A stretch of 64,000 bases of DNA from Trichosphaerium sp. ATCC 40318 (GCA_038496445.1 JALMLS010000594.1:143520-207519); one strand, 5' to 3'. Numbered from the stretch's first letter, positions 51,096 to 64,000 are shown. Numbers and translations are program-made. Notes: a model not told the origin generated them from the letters alone.

Positions 51096-53870
51096 CTATG
51101 TCTCGTCATCTTCATCATCATTATCATCAAATGAGACGCTTTTTTCATTACTTTTAGATCGACCTGTAACAGAACCTACAACAGGTTGTTCTAAAGCAGG
51201 AGGCATACTATCTTTTCTATGACCACTTGGTTGTACTCTATCCGTAAGGTTTGGCATCTCTCTTATATACCGTAGACGCTGTCCACCTATTTGATTAATC
51301 AGTAAGCATTCGCCAAGCAAAATATGTATAAGTTCGCCTTGAGCCCTTTTTTCTTTAAGAGTTGTGTCAAAACTTTCTCAAATTGTTCTTAAAATAGCTT
51401 TCATCTTTTAGCGCTGTTTTTCAGGTTTATTCGGACTATCACGTGCCTAGTACGTTTCCTGCAGTATCAGCTGTAGTCCATTTCATAGGATCAGATTCTG
51501 GTTTAGAATCACGTATCTAGAGAGGGAACAGTCAGAAAGATAACTAACGCTTTAAATTGTTTTCCCTGCTTTTTACCTGTTTTGGATCCCACAGGGATGG
51601 TAATATTTCTGTATCTTCTCCAGATACTCTGAGTGTTTCAGTTTGTGTGTATTCGTCAATAATAGTTAAGGGCTCATAAATCTCGACCCTCCAAGACCTA
51701 GTATTGAGTCAACATCTATAACAAGTTTTTTTTGAAAGTTTTTTGCTTGTATTTTGTTTGCATGTCGTTTTTTTGTCGTACTTTGGTCTATACGCTACTT
51801 TAACTGGTTTTGGTTGATTACTCTTTTTCTTATTTGCTTCTGCACGTTTATGTAGCGCCAGAAGAGTTGAACTATGTTTCAACTGAATAGCTGCTTTTTC
51901 TTTTCTTATTTTTTTCTCTTTAATGATTTTCTCCCTTGCTTCTTCTCTGAGGGAATCAATCTTTGCTTGAGGTAATCCCCCAAGCCAAATCTTATCGAAA
52001 GCAGTCGAAAATAAAACACCTAGAGGGTATGTTAATGCAAGAATATTAATGGTTTAAAAGACGAAGTATTTTAGGGTTTTTTCTTTCGGAACTTACTAGC
52101 ATCTCCAACACGACCAGGTATAGACTTTAAATACTCAAGCAAGGTCTCAAAGCTCTTCTCTTTAAGTATCCTCCCTTCAAACATTTTAAATAAAGCCAAG
52201 GCTGTCCTGAAGAGCATTTTTTGACCTTCAAACAAGAAGCAATCTGGAGGGGAAAAAAAAACATTAGATGGTGATTGCAAATGATACTAAGAGCATACCA
52301 AGAAACCTTAGAGCAGGTTCAAGTGGTAGAATGTTTAAAAATACAGAAAGGAACCACTGAAGTGTAACAGAACGAAGATCAATCTCCAACTTGTTGATGT
52401 GTTCGTGAACCTTTAGGAACAAAAATGAGAATAAAAAAAAATATCCACAAGTCACGCGATTAGAAACTTCTACAATAAAAGTTGCTTTATTTCCATCACG
52501 TGATAAGAAAAAAAAATGGTATATCTGTCTATACCTTTGGTAGCTTGAGCGCTAAAAGCTCATTTAATACGTAAGTGTCTATCTCAACACCAATCATTGA
52601 ATTTGTGTAGTAATCTGGAGGAATAATTTTGTCGACCAAGATTCTATTAGTAACTATAAGAAAAAGTATCACGTGATAGTTTAGTGACATTTCTTTAAAA
52701 CGTCATATCGTCAAAAAATATTTTAAAATACATCTACAACATTGGTATCCTACAGGTATGCAGTAATTGAGGTTTTAAGAATGTTCTGCGAGAAAAGAAA
52801 AACACGAAGAATTTTCAAAAGTTTTGCAAGAAATAACGACATGTAGGCTTACTTTAATAACCAAAAGCTTGATTCTTCATCTAGAAAGAGTAACAACATG
52901 GCTGCTATAAAATTCATAGCTTGACAATAACCAACCTAGCAAACAATGAGATAAGACAAAACAAAAAGAAAAAACTGACAAAAAATCATCTGGTGATAAG
53001 ATTGACTCTAAAACAAACCACACATACCTCTGGGCGTATCCAACTGAATGCTGTTAGTACATTCCTAAGCTTTTCTATACCCTCTTCAGAGCGAAACATT
53101 ACATTATCGGGCATGGATCTATAAACATCTTTTTCAATTTCATAAGTAGCTTTTGTTAGTTCTCCCTTCTTAGCGCCAATGATATCTAAATTACACGTTA
53201 ACAAAGGCGGAGCGGAATAATTAAGAATATTCAAACAACATGTCATAAGTGTAAAATACCAAAGAACAAGCTTATAACGAGCCCATCAGAGTAGAGAGAT
53301 TTAAAAAAAAAAGTTGGTCAAATGAAAAAAAAATAAAACAGACAACTTTGACGCACCAGCATACGCAAGTAAGTTATTTTCAAGTTGCTCCTGTGCTCCT
53401 GTAAGACGCATCCATACCTTTATTAAATATACCGTGAGATTTTAAGAGATAATAAGGCCTCAGAATGGAGAAAAACACGAAAACCAAAACCCCAAACAAC
53501 AAAAAAAAAATCAGAAAAAAAACAATTTCAGAACTTCTAGCGCATTTCTTTTTTTAACACTTCCGCGTTTGGCGTAAACAACCATGTACAACGGTTTAAA
53601 TCAATAAAATGTATTTTATAAGCGTACCTGACCACGCTTTTCCTTTGGAATACCAAAGTAACGTATTAATTGCTTCAATTCAGCTGTTCTAGATAGCCTA
53701 GTGTTTCCTTGGTCTACTGTTTCTAAATATTGATCCCAAGCAGTTTGTTTTGGACTATGCAGCAAACGCCAGAACTGTGAGCTTCTTAAACCACTTTTTT
53801 GTTCTAAAGACGCTTGTAAATAATGCGTACAATGAAAGTACAAGCGCTGTACCTGTTCGTTCGTCGCCAT
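51096..53870 (-). CDS. TBC-domain Rab GTPase-activating protein (start uncertain)
   Basis: GIPKEKRGQVWMRLTGA, R-finger IEKDVYRS, LRNVLTAFS, Q-finger VGYCQAMNFIAA, QWFLSVF, DCFLFEG. Confidence 0.9.
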
Positions 53871-54354
53871 GACGCACGCCGTCTGCGTTGAGCTGAAATC
53901 CATACTCACAGACATCGCTTGGGAAGTGTTAAACGATTTTTGACCCATTTTAAAGTGAAATTGTTGAAAAACTGAAATAACTAGAGTAGACGCAACAAAA
54001 TAGCGTTTAGCGTCATTCTGAAGCAAAGTTGGTACGTACGGACTTCCTACATTACTATCGTAACTGCTCATTTTGGCGTTAAACGATATTTTATGATGTA
54101 ATTACAACGAGATAGCCAAATCGGATGAAACGCAAGTGTTGCGTTAAACAGCCAAAAATCCACTTGATCAGAATTTGAATCTTGCGTCTAACTCTTTGCC
54201 ACAAGCCGAAAGTAGTCAAAGCCTTGACACCAAAAACAAAAAAAATATCTGCAAGTAATTGAGACTTAAAGGAAAATCAACTAAGTCACAGTTTTTTTCA
54301 CTTTCCTCAATAACACGAAAGCAATAATTGTATCTATAGTTGTATAAAAACACC

Positions 54355-56100
54355 ATGACAACCAAAATAGAGAGTGGAGAATTAGGAACTTGGCTAGAAA
54401 CTCTAGCACAATGCAAATATCTACCAGAGCAGAATTTGAAGCGCTTATGCGACTTGGTACGTCATACGCGAGTTTCAGTATATAGTGGCGTATTTTTGCG
54501 CTGTTTTAGAGCGTATACAATAAGTTACCGGCTCTTTTTTCGCCTTGTTGCAGATTAGTAAAACGGGCCACAATTCTTATGTAGTGCTTAGGTAAAAGAA
54601 CTACTACTCGAAGAGTCCAATGTGCAACCTGTTAGTTCTCCAGTGACGATCTGTGGCGACATCCACGGCCAATTTTACGACTTAATGGAACTGTTTAGAA
54701 CCGGCGGTTCTCCTCCAGACACTAATTACATTTTTATGGTGCGTTTAAATTCAGACTTCGGCATTTTGGCAAAATACTTTAATTCTTTTTTGCTTCGCAT
54801 TCTACTAGCGCATTCGTAATTGCTTTATTAAACTATATTTGCTCCGAAATAGCGTCAAAACAGAATTGATAAAAAAAAAAAAAACGTTATTCTTGTTCTC
54901 TCACTTTTAGAAATTACATTGGATGCACCACTATCCTATTTCTTGACCTTTTCTTTGCGAGATATTAACAAATCTTCTTCAGGGCGATTTCGTCGATCGT
55001 GGTTACTATTCCCTTGAAACATTCACCTACCTACTATGTCTTAAGGCTAGGTAAGCAGAAGAAACCCATTTGAGCGGGTTTTTCGCAAACTTCGATTTTT
55101 GAACCTCACTTTTTCGGTAGATACCCTGATAAGGTTACTCTATTGCGTGGTAATCACGAAAGTAGACAAATTACTCAAGTATACGGGTTTTACGATGAAT
55201 GCCAACAAAAATACGGCAACGCCAACCCTTGGAAGTACTGCACTCAGGTTTTTGATCTCCTCACCATTGCAGCTGTACGTTTGGATTTATTTATTGTCGT
55301 CAACACTAAGAAAACCTGAAAAAGGAAATTATTGCAATTCGGGACCGCTTTTTTATGTTTTTGTCGATTTCTTGCTTTGTTTCACTCTTTTTGACTTTTT
55401 CTTGTAGTTAATTGATGGACGTATCTTGTGTGTCCATGGTGGTCTATCTCCAGGTGCGTCGCTGTACCTCTAATTTTTTTTTGGAGGATAAACGCGGTTT
55501 TTTTGATAATTGGTTTTTTTTTGCTTACTTTTTTGGTATTTTAGACGTTAGAACAATGGATCAAATTAGAACCATCCCACGTAACCAAGAAATCCCTCAT
55601 GAAGGTGCTTTCTGCGATTTGATGTGGTCCGATCCAGATGATATTGAAACCTGGCATGTATCCCCTAGAGGAGCTGGTTGGTTGTTTGGTCATAGAGTAA
55701 CTAGTGAGGTACGTTAGCAGAAGCATGCAACAGATAGAGATTATTTTTGATCCATTTTTTTTGTTAATTTGATGCTGACTTGTTTTCTCGTTTAGTTTGT
55801 TCGCATTAATAAGTTGAATATAATTTGCCGTGCGCATCAATTGGTGCAAGAAGGTTACAAGTATCAATTTGAGTCCCAATTGGTTACAGTTTGGTCTGCT
55901 CCTAATTATTGCTATCGGTATGTTGTTTGGATTCTTTCTTTTTTTTTGTTTATTTTGTGCTTATTTTCTTTAGTTGTGGTAACGTTGCCAGTATCCTTGC
56001 TCTTGATGAGAACCTTAATCGCGACTTTAAGATCTTTCATGCTGTCCCTGACTCTGATCGTGTTATTCCACCACGTCAACCAATGCCATACTTTCTCTAA
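54355..56100 (+). CDS. PPP6C: Serine/threonine protein phosphatase 6 catalytic subunit (Sit4-like)
   Basis: [87 protein letters not shown]-terminal PYFL. Confidence 0.93.
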
Positions 56101-56431
56101 ACATGAAATAAGAAAAAGAGACAGTTTATTGTCATTTTTCACCCTTAGTAATCTCCTGTTAATCAATTAATTAGTAAAAGCGATCCTTTTAATATAACTA
56201 CACGTCTACGCTTTCTGGGTTCTTCATGTGTTTACTTTTATAACCTTCGGTTGTTGCTGTTTTGATGATAAAAACAAAAGATGTAGGTGCTCTCTATGTT
56301 GTAACTAAGTTTTTACTTTTTTTTTTTTGCAACACGTTTTGGGTTTTGAATGGGTTTGCTTTAGTACAAATCACGTGTCTTTTCTATTCTTGTTTGGGTT
56401 GTTTTTGTTTTGTTTTTTTTTGGTTTCTTCG

Positions 56432-58200
56432 TTAAAATCCTGAGTATTGAGTGTCGCCTGTTTTGTAGTAGTTGTAAGTTGGTGCTTGGTATTGTCTATC
56501 ATATACTGCTGGTTGTTGTGTTGTTCGTTGGGGAGTAAGATATGGTGAACTAGCGCGTGATGGAGTTGTTTGATAAGACGCTTGGTACGGTGAACGTCTT
56601 GGGACTGTCCCTGGCGTATGATAAGGTGATTGTGCCGTAGGTGTGAGATAAGGAGAGCGACTAGCCATCAATGATGGTGTATGGTATGGTGATGATGCTA
56701 TTGGAGTACGTGGTAGACTTGCAGCGCTTGGGGTATGGTAAGGAGACTTTGAAACACCATTTGAATACGGAGATTGAGAAAGTATACTTGGATAAGGTGA
56801 CCGAGAAATCCCGTTTGGACGTGGAGATTTAGGTATTGTACTTGGATAAGGTGACTGAGTAATTCTAGTTGGGCGTGGAGATTTAGGTATTGTACTTGGA
56901 TACGGTGATTGAGAAACTCCGTTTGGATATGGTGATTGAGAGTTTCTGCTTAGATACGGTGATTGAGAATCTCTGCTTGGATATGGAGATTGTATTTGTA
57001 ATGGACTTCGTTCTAGGTCTTGTGTTTGTACTGGTAGCTCTGTTTTTATCGTTTGTTCAAGTGGTTGTTCTGTTTCTTGCTCTTGTTCTTGACCTTGGTC
57101 TTGTTCTTCGACTTCTTGTGATATTGGTTCTATTATCGTTTCGGGTTGTTGTTCTTGGTGTTTTACTTGTGTGTTAACCTTTTCTAGTTTTTCTTGAAGT
57201 AAGTTTGCTGTGTTTAGAAGCGTTTGACATTTCTCAAAGAGTTCGTCATTTTCTACTTCTTTCATTTGCATGAGGTTATCCAGAGTCTTTATTTAGGTGT
57301 GAGAAATAGTCACGTGTATGATAGTTTAACGTACATCTGCACGTGATTTTTGTCGTGCGAATTTCATGTCGTTTAAGTATGTTTCTTGGGTCATTGTTTT
57401 TGTTAGTTCATCGACTTGTAGTTCTAACGCATCTATTCTACTTTTACTTTGTTTTTCAAGAGCGTTTAGCTTAGATCTAGTGACCATATGTTCTGCTTTT
57501 TCTTGGTGAAGATCTTCGAGTAGTTTTGACTCATTCTGGACGCACGTGTTAGCGACGATTTACAAAAAGACGGTTCTTCCTCAAGAAAAACAGTTTTAAT
57601 TTTTTTTTGCATTTCCTTTACCTCCTTGTAGCTCTCTAGTAAATTCTGGGCCTCGAGGTGCTTCAATTCGATATTATTAAACGTCTCTTGTCGCGCTTGA
57701 AGTTTTCGTAACTAAACAGTCTGTAAGAGAGGAGAAAAAAAAAACCTTCAAAGAGATACATTATCGCGTTATGGTTTTATCATATCAAATAATTTTAGCG
57801 TACTTCTGATTCCATCTGACCTATTTTACGCTTATCTACTGTCTCTTGTACATTCTTCTCTTCTAAATATACCTCACTTTAATACAAAGTGTTTGGGTAA
57901 CATTACCTACTAGTTTTTGAAGCACTTCCTCATAAGCAATGATAATATTTTTAAACTTCAAGTTTGTTTCTTGTTCTCTCCTTAGTACATCTTCGTAGTC
58001 CATTTGTATTATCTGTAGCTCATTCATAGCCTTTTAAAAAAATCAGTAAACTATTAAAAATAACACGTGATACTCTTAAATACTAAAATATACAACCTCT
58101 TCGATCACGTGATCGATCTTACCTGATGATAAATTTCTTTTTTTAATTTTGCGATATAGTCTCCTGCTGATAGCTCCGATGAACTGAAAGGTAATTCCAT
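56432..58200 (-). CDS. TACC-domain-like coiled-coil protein with C-terminal Ser/Pro/Tyr repeats (start uncertain)
   Basis: FKNIIIAYEEVLQKLV, NLLESYKENESKL and LMQMKEVENDELFEKCQTLL match recalled TACC-domain patterns (IVAEYEKTI; EGFRKNEEVL; KNKEIEELTKICDELI). Confidence 0.6.
56540..57005 (-). repeat. Coding tandem repeat, about 27 nt/9 aa, (Q/K/R)SPY(P/H) units
   Basis: QSPYPSRDS QSPYLSRNS QSPYPNGVS QSPYPSTIP... in ORF 56432-57271. Confidence 0.8.
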
Positions 58201-59853
58201 AGTGCGTCGATAATAATTCAAAGCAAATACAGAGCAGTTGGGTGTGAAGCTTGACTCCCTTAACTAAACAAGCCTTAAAAATACTTTTTACCATGAATCT
58301 GCAACCATACACAGCGTGCCAGTACTACGTGAATAGATAGTATTTGATTGGGTATGAAGGTGGCTTAAGCGTAGAAATACGCTGTATATTAACTGTTTAT
58401 AAGTGGTGTAGTCGGCTAAGCCTGGATCGGACCATGGCCACCTCTAATCGCTGGCTTTTGAAAACGAGGAACGTACACAAATGGATTCTTATTAACATCA
58501 TTTGGTAATCCAAGCAAACTAGTTTGGATTATCCTCAGTATATGTACAACTATCTTTGGTAACATTCTCCATCTTTCGGACAATGAAGGTTACTCTCAAT
58601 CAATGTTCAGCCATGATTTTCACATAAGAGCACATAAGATATCAATATGCAACATCTTGCGTTTACAACAATGCAAAGTGTCACAGATACTGTTATGGGC
58701 TAGCAGTACACTTTCAATCGCCTACACAATAAGCTATAGTCACGTGACAGCTACTAGCAGAAAATACATCATTTGATGAAACTAACGGATGACAGCTGTA
58801 CTAAAAAGGATGCTAGTATTTTTAAAATGGTTTTATATTTGCTGGAGCAATCCTGTTATTTGATCTTATTAGTAATGTGTACGAGTTCATTATTTTGTCT
58901 TCAACAGTTTGTTAGCAATCCACTCTTAGTCCCGATCAAGGCTTTAGCCCCTTCTTTGCTAACATAACTTTTCCTAGGCGCAAAACAGCTGTACCAAAAA
59001 GGATGCTAGTAATTTTCAAAGTTTTACTAACGTTGACAAAGATAAAGGATGTTTCGAAGCTTATTTTGATTTAACGTTCTTAGCACAATAGCGTGGTATC
59101 AATTGCACGTTTAACAAGCTTTAAATCGTGATGTGGATGTTTATATGCTCTTATCCTGTAGGAAGCCGCAATACACTTTTGTGGGAGGTGGTTGATTTTA
59201 CAACGCTTTGAGGTAGATAGCATAGTATGTTGTATTCAATAATTACAAAGTAACAAAAGCCACACTTGACCCTAAGCGACATGCATGATAGTATCCAGTC
59301 TAGTGTCAACAATTGTACCTGCAAAGATACAATCTCTCAAAAGTGCACGTGACTAGTAAATAAAGTTCAAATGGTTTGGTGACAAACCGCCAAACCTTGC
59401 TGCCAGTGCAAGGTGGTGTATTAAACAGTTAGATTGTGAAGCACGCTTAAATCTTGACTCGTGTAACTGTTCCTCACTATCCCTAGATTACCATATACTA
59501 GTATATAATTGATACCAAAACAAGATCACACCTCCTTCCCGGGCCACAACAATAATACACAAATAAACCCTATGCGTGCATGTAGTATACGTAATGACTG
59601 GTACAAGGTTAAACACTAGTTGATTTGCTGTCTATTGTTTATAAGGTTTGCCTAGTACCAATTAAGTTATTGGCAGTATCGCTCCCCAAAACCTCTGCAG
59701 TTGCATATGAACTACAATACTTTGTGGTGTAAAACAAGAGATTCATATCAAATTGTTTAAGGGGGCGTGCCCCTTAAGCCTAACTGATGCATTAGGCACA
59801 AAAAATACAGAGTATAATAATAGGATTTATTATTTTTGTTGGGGTGAACAACT

Positions 59854-61882
59854 TTAAGTTGTTTTTTTGTCGTGATTGTACAGTTGATAGTCGTTATTAG
59901 GTATATGTAACTTTAGTCTTATATGTTCATTGTATTCCTTGAATGTAACAGGAAACGGTCCTTTTTTACTTGGACTATCACTCCATGTGACATTCTGATC
60001 AAGTGTTGGTTTTGGTTCAAACAACGGTTTTGCAAAAAAAAACTTTTTGCTGTTTAGAAGATCAGGATACTCTTCTACCAATAAGTCATATGCACGAAAC
60101 CAATGTACCCATTGAATACGCCTTCTACCACCCTATACATAATTTTAAGTACAAAAGAGGATACAGAATATGCAGAGACCAAAAAAAGAAACAGAAAAAA
60201 AAAGGATGAAGTGAAGTCTTTCAAAAACTAAACATTAACAGTTCACTTGTTCTTTTCAAAATGAAGCTCTAAAACTGATTTGTGGATTATTAATAAATGA
60301 TTGGGAATAGTAATGATAAAGATAAAAGATTATCAAAGTCGATGGTTAACTTACAGATAAAAACCAAGGTTTGCCTCCAGGGAAATGCCAAACTTTTGAA
60401 TTACCGAGCCAGTTTTGATTGTATAGCCCATGAACGTTTCTGGCATCAACAACATAACCCCTGGTTTAAAAATTATCAATACAGAGAGTAAGGATACACT
60501 CAAACGAAAGTTGTTGTTCAAAAAAAAAACCCATCTCAAAGAACGGAGAATGTGAAATGAACGTACCATGGTAAAAGATTCCATCTCAATGAATCATTAC
60601 GTGCTACAAAAGCATAGTTAAGTACCCACTGATCACAACATTCCTTCAACTGCAGTTCTGCTATAAAGTGTTCTCTGAGCACTTTTACAAGATGGTTGTA
60701 AACTTTATCATTCGGTTCAAAAACGAAGAAACCTTGTGTTAAAAATAGATCAGTATTTTCTTGTCAACTTGATTCATAGCATACCTGTATTACAAGCTTC
60801 CTCATCACTACGCGCCCAGTATTCTCGATGTGCTAGTTATAGTTAGATAGGAGGTAAGTGTATGATGGTGTTCGTACCAGCTGGTGTTGGATATGTGAAT
60901 ATATCATCAATGTTTTTTGTAATGACCATATCAGCATCAATAAAACATGCTTTGGTGTATCCTTTCATGAGCTTGAATATCTTTAATTTAGCTAATCTAG
61001 TTCCATGTTGTTTGCTCTAAGCACTTCTGTCAGTAAAAGTAAAATAGAAAGCAACGGAAAAAAAATATACTGAGTTCTTTTGTCAAATGGGTCAAGTATT
61101 TCTTAAGTGACGCACAGGTTTCTTTGTAATGTTGTATTCCATAAATAATTTAGTAACATTAAATGGTTCTATGACTCTTATTTCATCAGCCAACTTCTCA
61201 TACGCATCTGGAAGCTACAACAAGAACCATAAAGTCAAAAAAAAAAAAAACAAAGCAGAATCAAATCAAAAAAAAGAAAAAAAAAAGAGAGTCCTTCCTG
61301 CCGTACTTCGTTAACCAGATTTTTTGTTATGAACAATATAATTGGATACTTAGGTTTCTGTAGTTTAAGTGAATGTATCATAACAGCTGCTGACATGACA
61401 TACGTCTTTGTCGCTAAAGCAAAAAAAACAACTTTAATAAAAACGAATCAAACGCATAGCAATGAGTTTTAAGCGTACTCATCAATGCAATGTAGCAATA
61501 CTTCGCTAATGGTTTCACGGTAGGTTCTTCCACTCCTTCACCCATCGTTAAAGCTATTGGTGGTTCTAAAGGTGCCGAAGACTCCAAAGCTATGTCGGTA
61601 GATGCAAAAAACGGCCCAGTGTGCGATAATACCCCCGAAAAGTCTAAACATCGTTACAACATTGTAGACGCTAAAATATAACGAAGTATCACTTGTTCGT
61701 GTGTTTGAGGAGTAAAAGGTTAAAACTACGTGGTTTTCACGATTCACGATTCACATTGTTTTTCTCTGCGTACGTATAACAGCAGTGCATACAAACACTG
61801 CTAGAGCCATAATAATTATTCGTCGTCCTGGGATCATCGAATATTGTTTTGAAGTACTAGAGTTCTCCATTTCAGGCTCCAT
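59854..61882 (-). CDS. Type II membrane glycosyltransferase family 8 (glycogenin/PGSIP-like)
   Basis: N-terminal TM (RRIIIMALAVFVCTAVI), YVMSAAVMIHSLK, AKLKIFKLMKGYTKACFIDADMVITKNIDDIF (DxD motif), NTGFFVFEP, CCDQ. Confidence 0.85.
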
Positions 61883-62529
61883 ACTCAAAATAAGCTTATG
61901 CGATGAGTTGCTATTACTGTGGAAACTAATAAAATCTCTTGCCGGTCAAACTTCTTCTACGACTACTTGAGACGTCGATTCGCTACATTAACTAGAAATA
62001 AACAGCTCTTAGAAATAATGCAAAATGGTTTTTATACCTATAAGTATAGAATGTTAGCTAACATGTGAAAATAGTAATTGAAGTTTAAGATAGTTCTGAG
62101 GTGAGTAAAAACGTCTCAAAGATTCTCGAAATCCTGTAAGTATCCAAAAATTCGCATAGTTTTCGAAACTGTCTCAAAAGCGATGCGCCCCTATCAAAAG
62201 GTCCAGTCCGTGAGTCCGAGATAACGCTATTTCCAAGGTCGATTGACTGTTTACAACTTTAAGAGTCGCTGAACCCAAGAGCCAAAGAAGGAGTTTTTTT
62301 TATTGTCCGTACATACAATGGGTAAAAGAAGCAAACCAAAAACCTGCAAGACTTTTCTTGAAATCACTTTTCGTGGCCTCCTAACAATAATATTCAAAAG
62401 TATCTCTATAAGCAGTGAAAACAAGCTTGTTATTTCGGTGAATAAAGTAGCACGTGAAACCCGCTTAGTTGTCATTTGTACGTTTAAGCAAATATAAATC
62501 TATTGAGCAAGTTGCACTTGTTACAGTTG

Positions 62530-63110
62530 TTACCATTCAGGGTAGCCAATATATTCTGCGCCCTCAAGTGCCTTGATGCCTTCAGAAGTTATTGAAGTTT
62601 CGTAGAGGGAAATAGTATGAACTCCAGCAAGTGCTTTAATGCCTTCATCAGTCACATTCACACATCTAGCAAGGATAATTGTGTGAACACCTTTAAGTGC
62701 CTGAATGCCTTTATCAGTTACTGAAGTGCCATCAAGGTAAATAGTATGTACTCCAGCAAGTGCTTTGACACCTTCATCTGTTACTGATATGCCACTGAGG
62801 TGAATATTATGAACTCCAGCAAATTGTTTGATAATATCATCTCCAACATATGTTTTAACTTCAATTTTTGTGTATTTCAGAATACCTGGATGTTTTGAAG
62901 CTGATTTTGCTTGACTTAACGTTCTAAGTACAATAGCGTGGTATCCAATAACGTCATGAACGATTGAAGCAAGGAAACGACAGGTTTGAGCAGCTTTGAA
63001 TCGTGATTTGGTTGTTTTACGCAAGATGTGTGCTATTATATCTGTTGGAAGCTGTGATAAAGTTGGCTTTTTAACTGAGAAAATAAAGAGTGTCAATGCA
63101 AATCTGGCAA
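62530..63110 (-). CDS. F-box/LRR protein, paralog of 7409-8420 (start uncertain)
   Basis: LSQLPTDIIAHILRKTTKSRFKAAQTCRFL followed by AGVHTI..VTDEGIKAL repeats. Confidence 0.8.
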
Positions 63111-63652
63111 ATAAGCCTAAGAGGGTTAGTGGAACTGTAGGACGTTCTAATAGATGTATACGAAGGGTGAAGAAGTTGGTATCTTGTATTCGTGTGAAAA
63201 ATGAACTGCGGGAAGTGTACAATACAAGGGATCACGTTCTGTTAACTCGGATTGTAAGTCTTACAAAGGTCAACATCGAAAATAAATTGCTTTGACTGCC
63301 AGTACTTTTACTCACTACAGCACAAACTAATCACAAAATAATTTCCCCACGTACAATTAAAGCAACATAGCTACATTTTTACATAGTCAATTGAAGTGTA
63401 AAATGGTTCTGAGGTATGTAAAAACGCATCAAATATTCTCCAAATTTACGGTTTACATTTTTTGGATACTTTGTAATAGGATACATAAGCTTACTAAAGT
63501 AGTAAAGATAGTTTTGCATCATGTAACATTTCGCTTTTATCAAAATTAAGGATATAAGTGGCTCAACATCGATTTTCTGCCATGACAAAAAGATAGCCAG
63601 AGCTGGCATTCAAAGGAGTAAGCCATACCAACTTACAGATAAACTTATTTTA

Positions 63653-64000
63653 TTAAAGCGTTCTCAACATCTTCAGTACTACTTCAAGGTCCTTATTGTT
63701 CATGTGAACAACATAAACATATGCACTTGTAACAAACATAACATTATGTTCAGTAAGGTATTTTTTGCTTTTTCTTTCATAGATGAAACAAGGTAGTATT
63801 TCTCCAGAAAGTTTATGTTTAACCATCCTTACATCTGCAGTGTCGACTGTTCTTTTCTTAGTAACGTCATCAACAACTATAACAGTATTTAGCAACCCAG
63901 TTACGACATAATAGTTAAACCTACAATCAAAGTCATTTTCCAAACACCCTACACATAACCGTCTCCATGTGTTCCTAGGACGCAATTGTACAAGTAAATA
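63653..64000 (-). CDS. Hypothetical protein, 3' part
   Basis: An open frame of at least 110 aa with globular composition runs towards the window edge. No family was recognised. Confidence 0.35.
   Translation of the reverse strand, partial: YLLVQLRPRNTWRRLCVGCLENDFDCRFNYYVVTGLLNTVIVVDDVTKKRTVDTADVRMVKHKLSGEILPCFIYERKSKKYLTEHNVMFVTSAYVYVVHMNNKDLEVVLKMLRTL

Noticed and set aside
56540-57005. RNA polymerase II CTD or CRISPR-like array
   Set aside because: The period is about 9 aa within a coiled-coil protein, not YSPTSPS heptads on RPB1, and there is no repeat-spacer structure.
1-64000. Alternative genetic code or U12 introns
   Set aside because: TAA, TAG and TGA all terminate genes, and in-frame stops resolve as introns. 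No AT-AC or GTATCCT donors were found in the models built.

Overview
AT-rich, gene-dense, intron-rich nuclear DNA of a microbial eukaryote (protist; taxon cannot be determined from this window). It uses the standard genetic code and short introns, with donors often GTNCGT and AAG acceptors tolerated. Housekeeping and cell-cycle genes: ASPM 3' part, TopBP1-like triple BRCT, primase small subunit, PP6 catalytic subunit, TBC Rab-GAP, TACC-like protein, tRNA-Arg(TCG). Secreted or other enzymes: GH57/GH119-like amylase, an inverted pair of beta-helix glycosidases flanking an M12B protease-ricin lectin, GT8, aldo-keto reductase. The most striking content is six F-box genes, three with unusual partner domains: a T4 Rnl1-type RNA ligase with a C-terminal F-box, an F-box/MORN-variant repeat protein whose F-box the ORF track truncates, and an F-box fused to a predicted dead PP2A-like phosphatase. 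The ligase and MORN genes sit next to a divergent CCCH-zinc-finger/TPR gene and a candidate small hairpin RNA, forming a possible RNA-repair/ubiquitin defence locus. Other oddities are a strong excess of the palindrome CACGTG, a 114-bp perfect inverted duplication of a tRNA 5' half, and scattered decayed LRR cassettes. All gene models were spliced by eye, and family calls rest on motif recognition rather than database searches.
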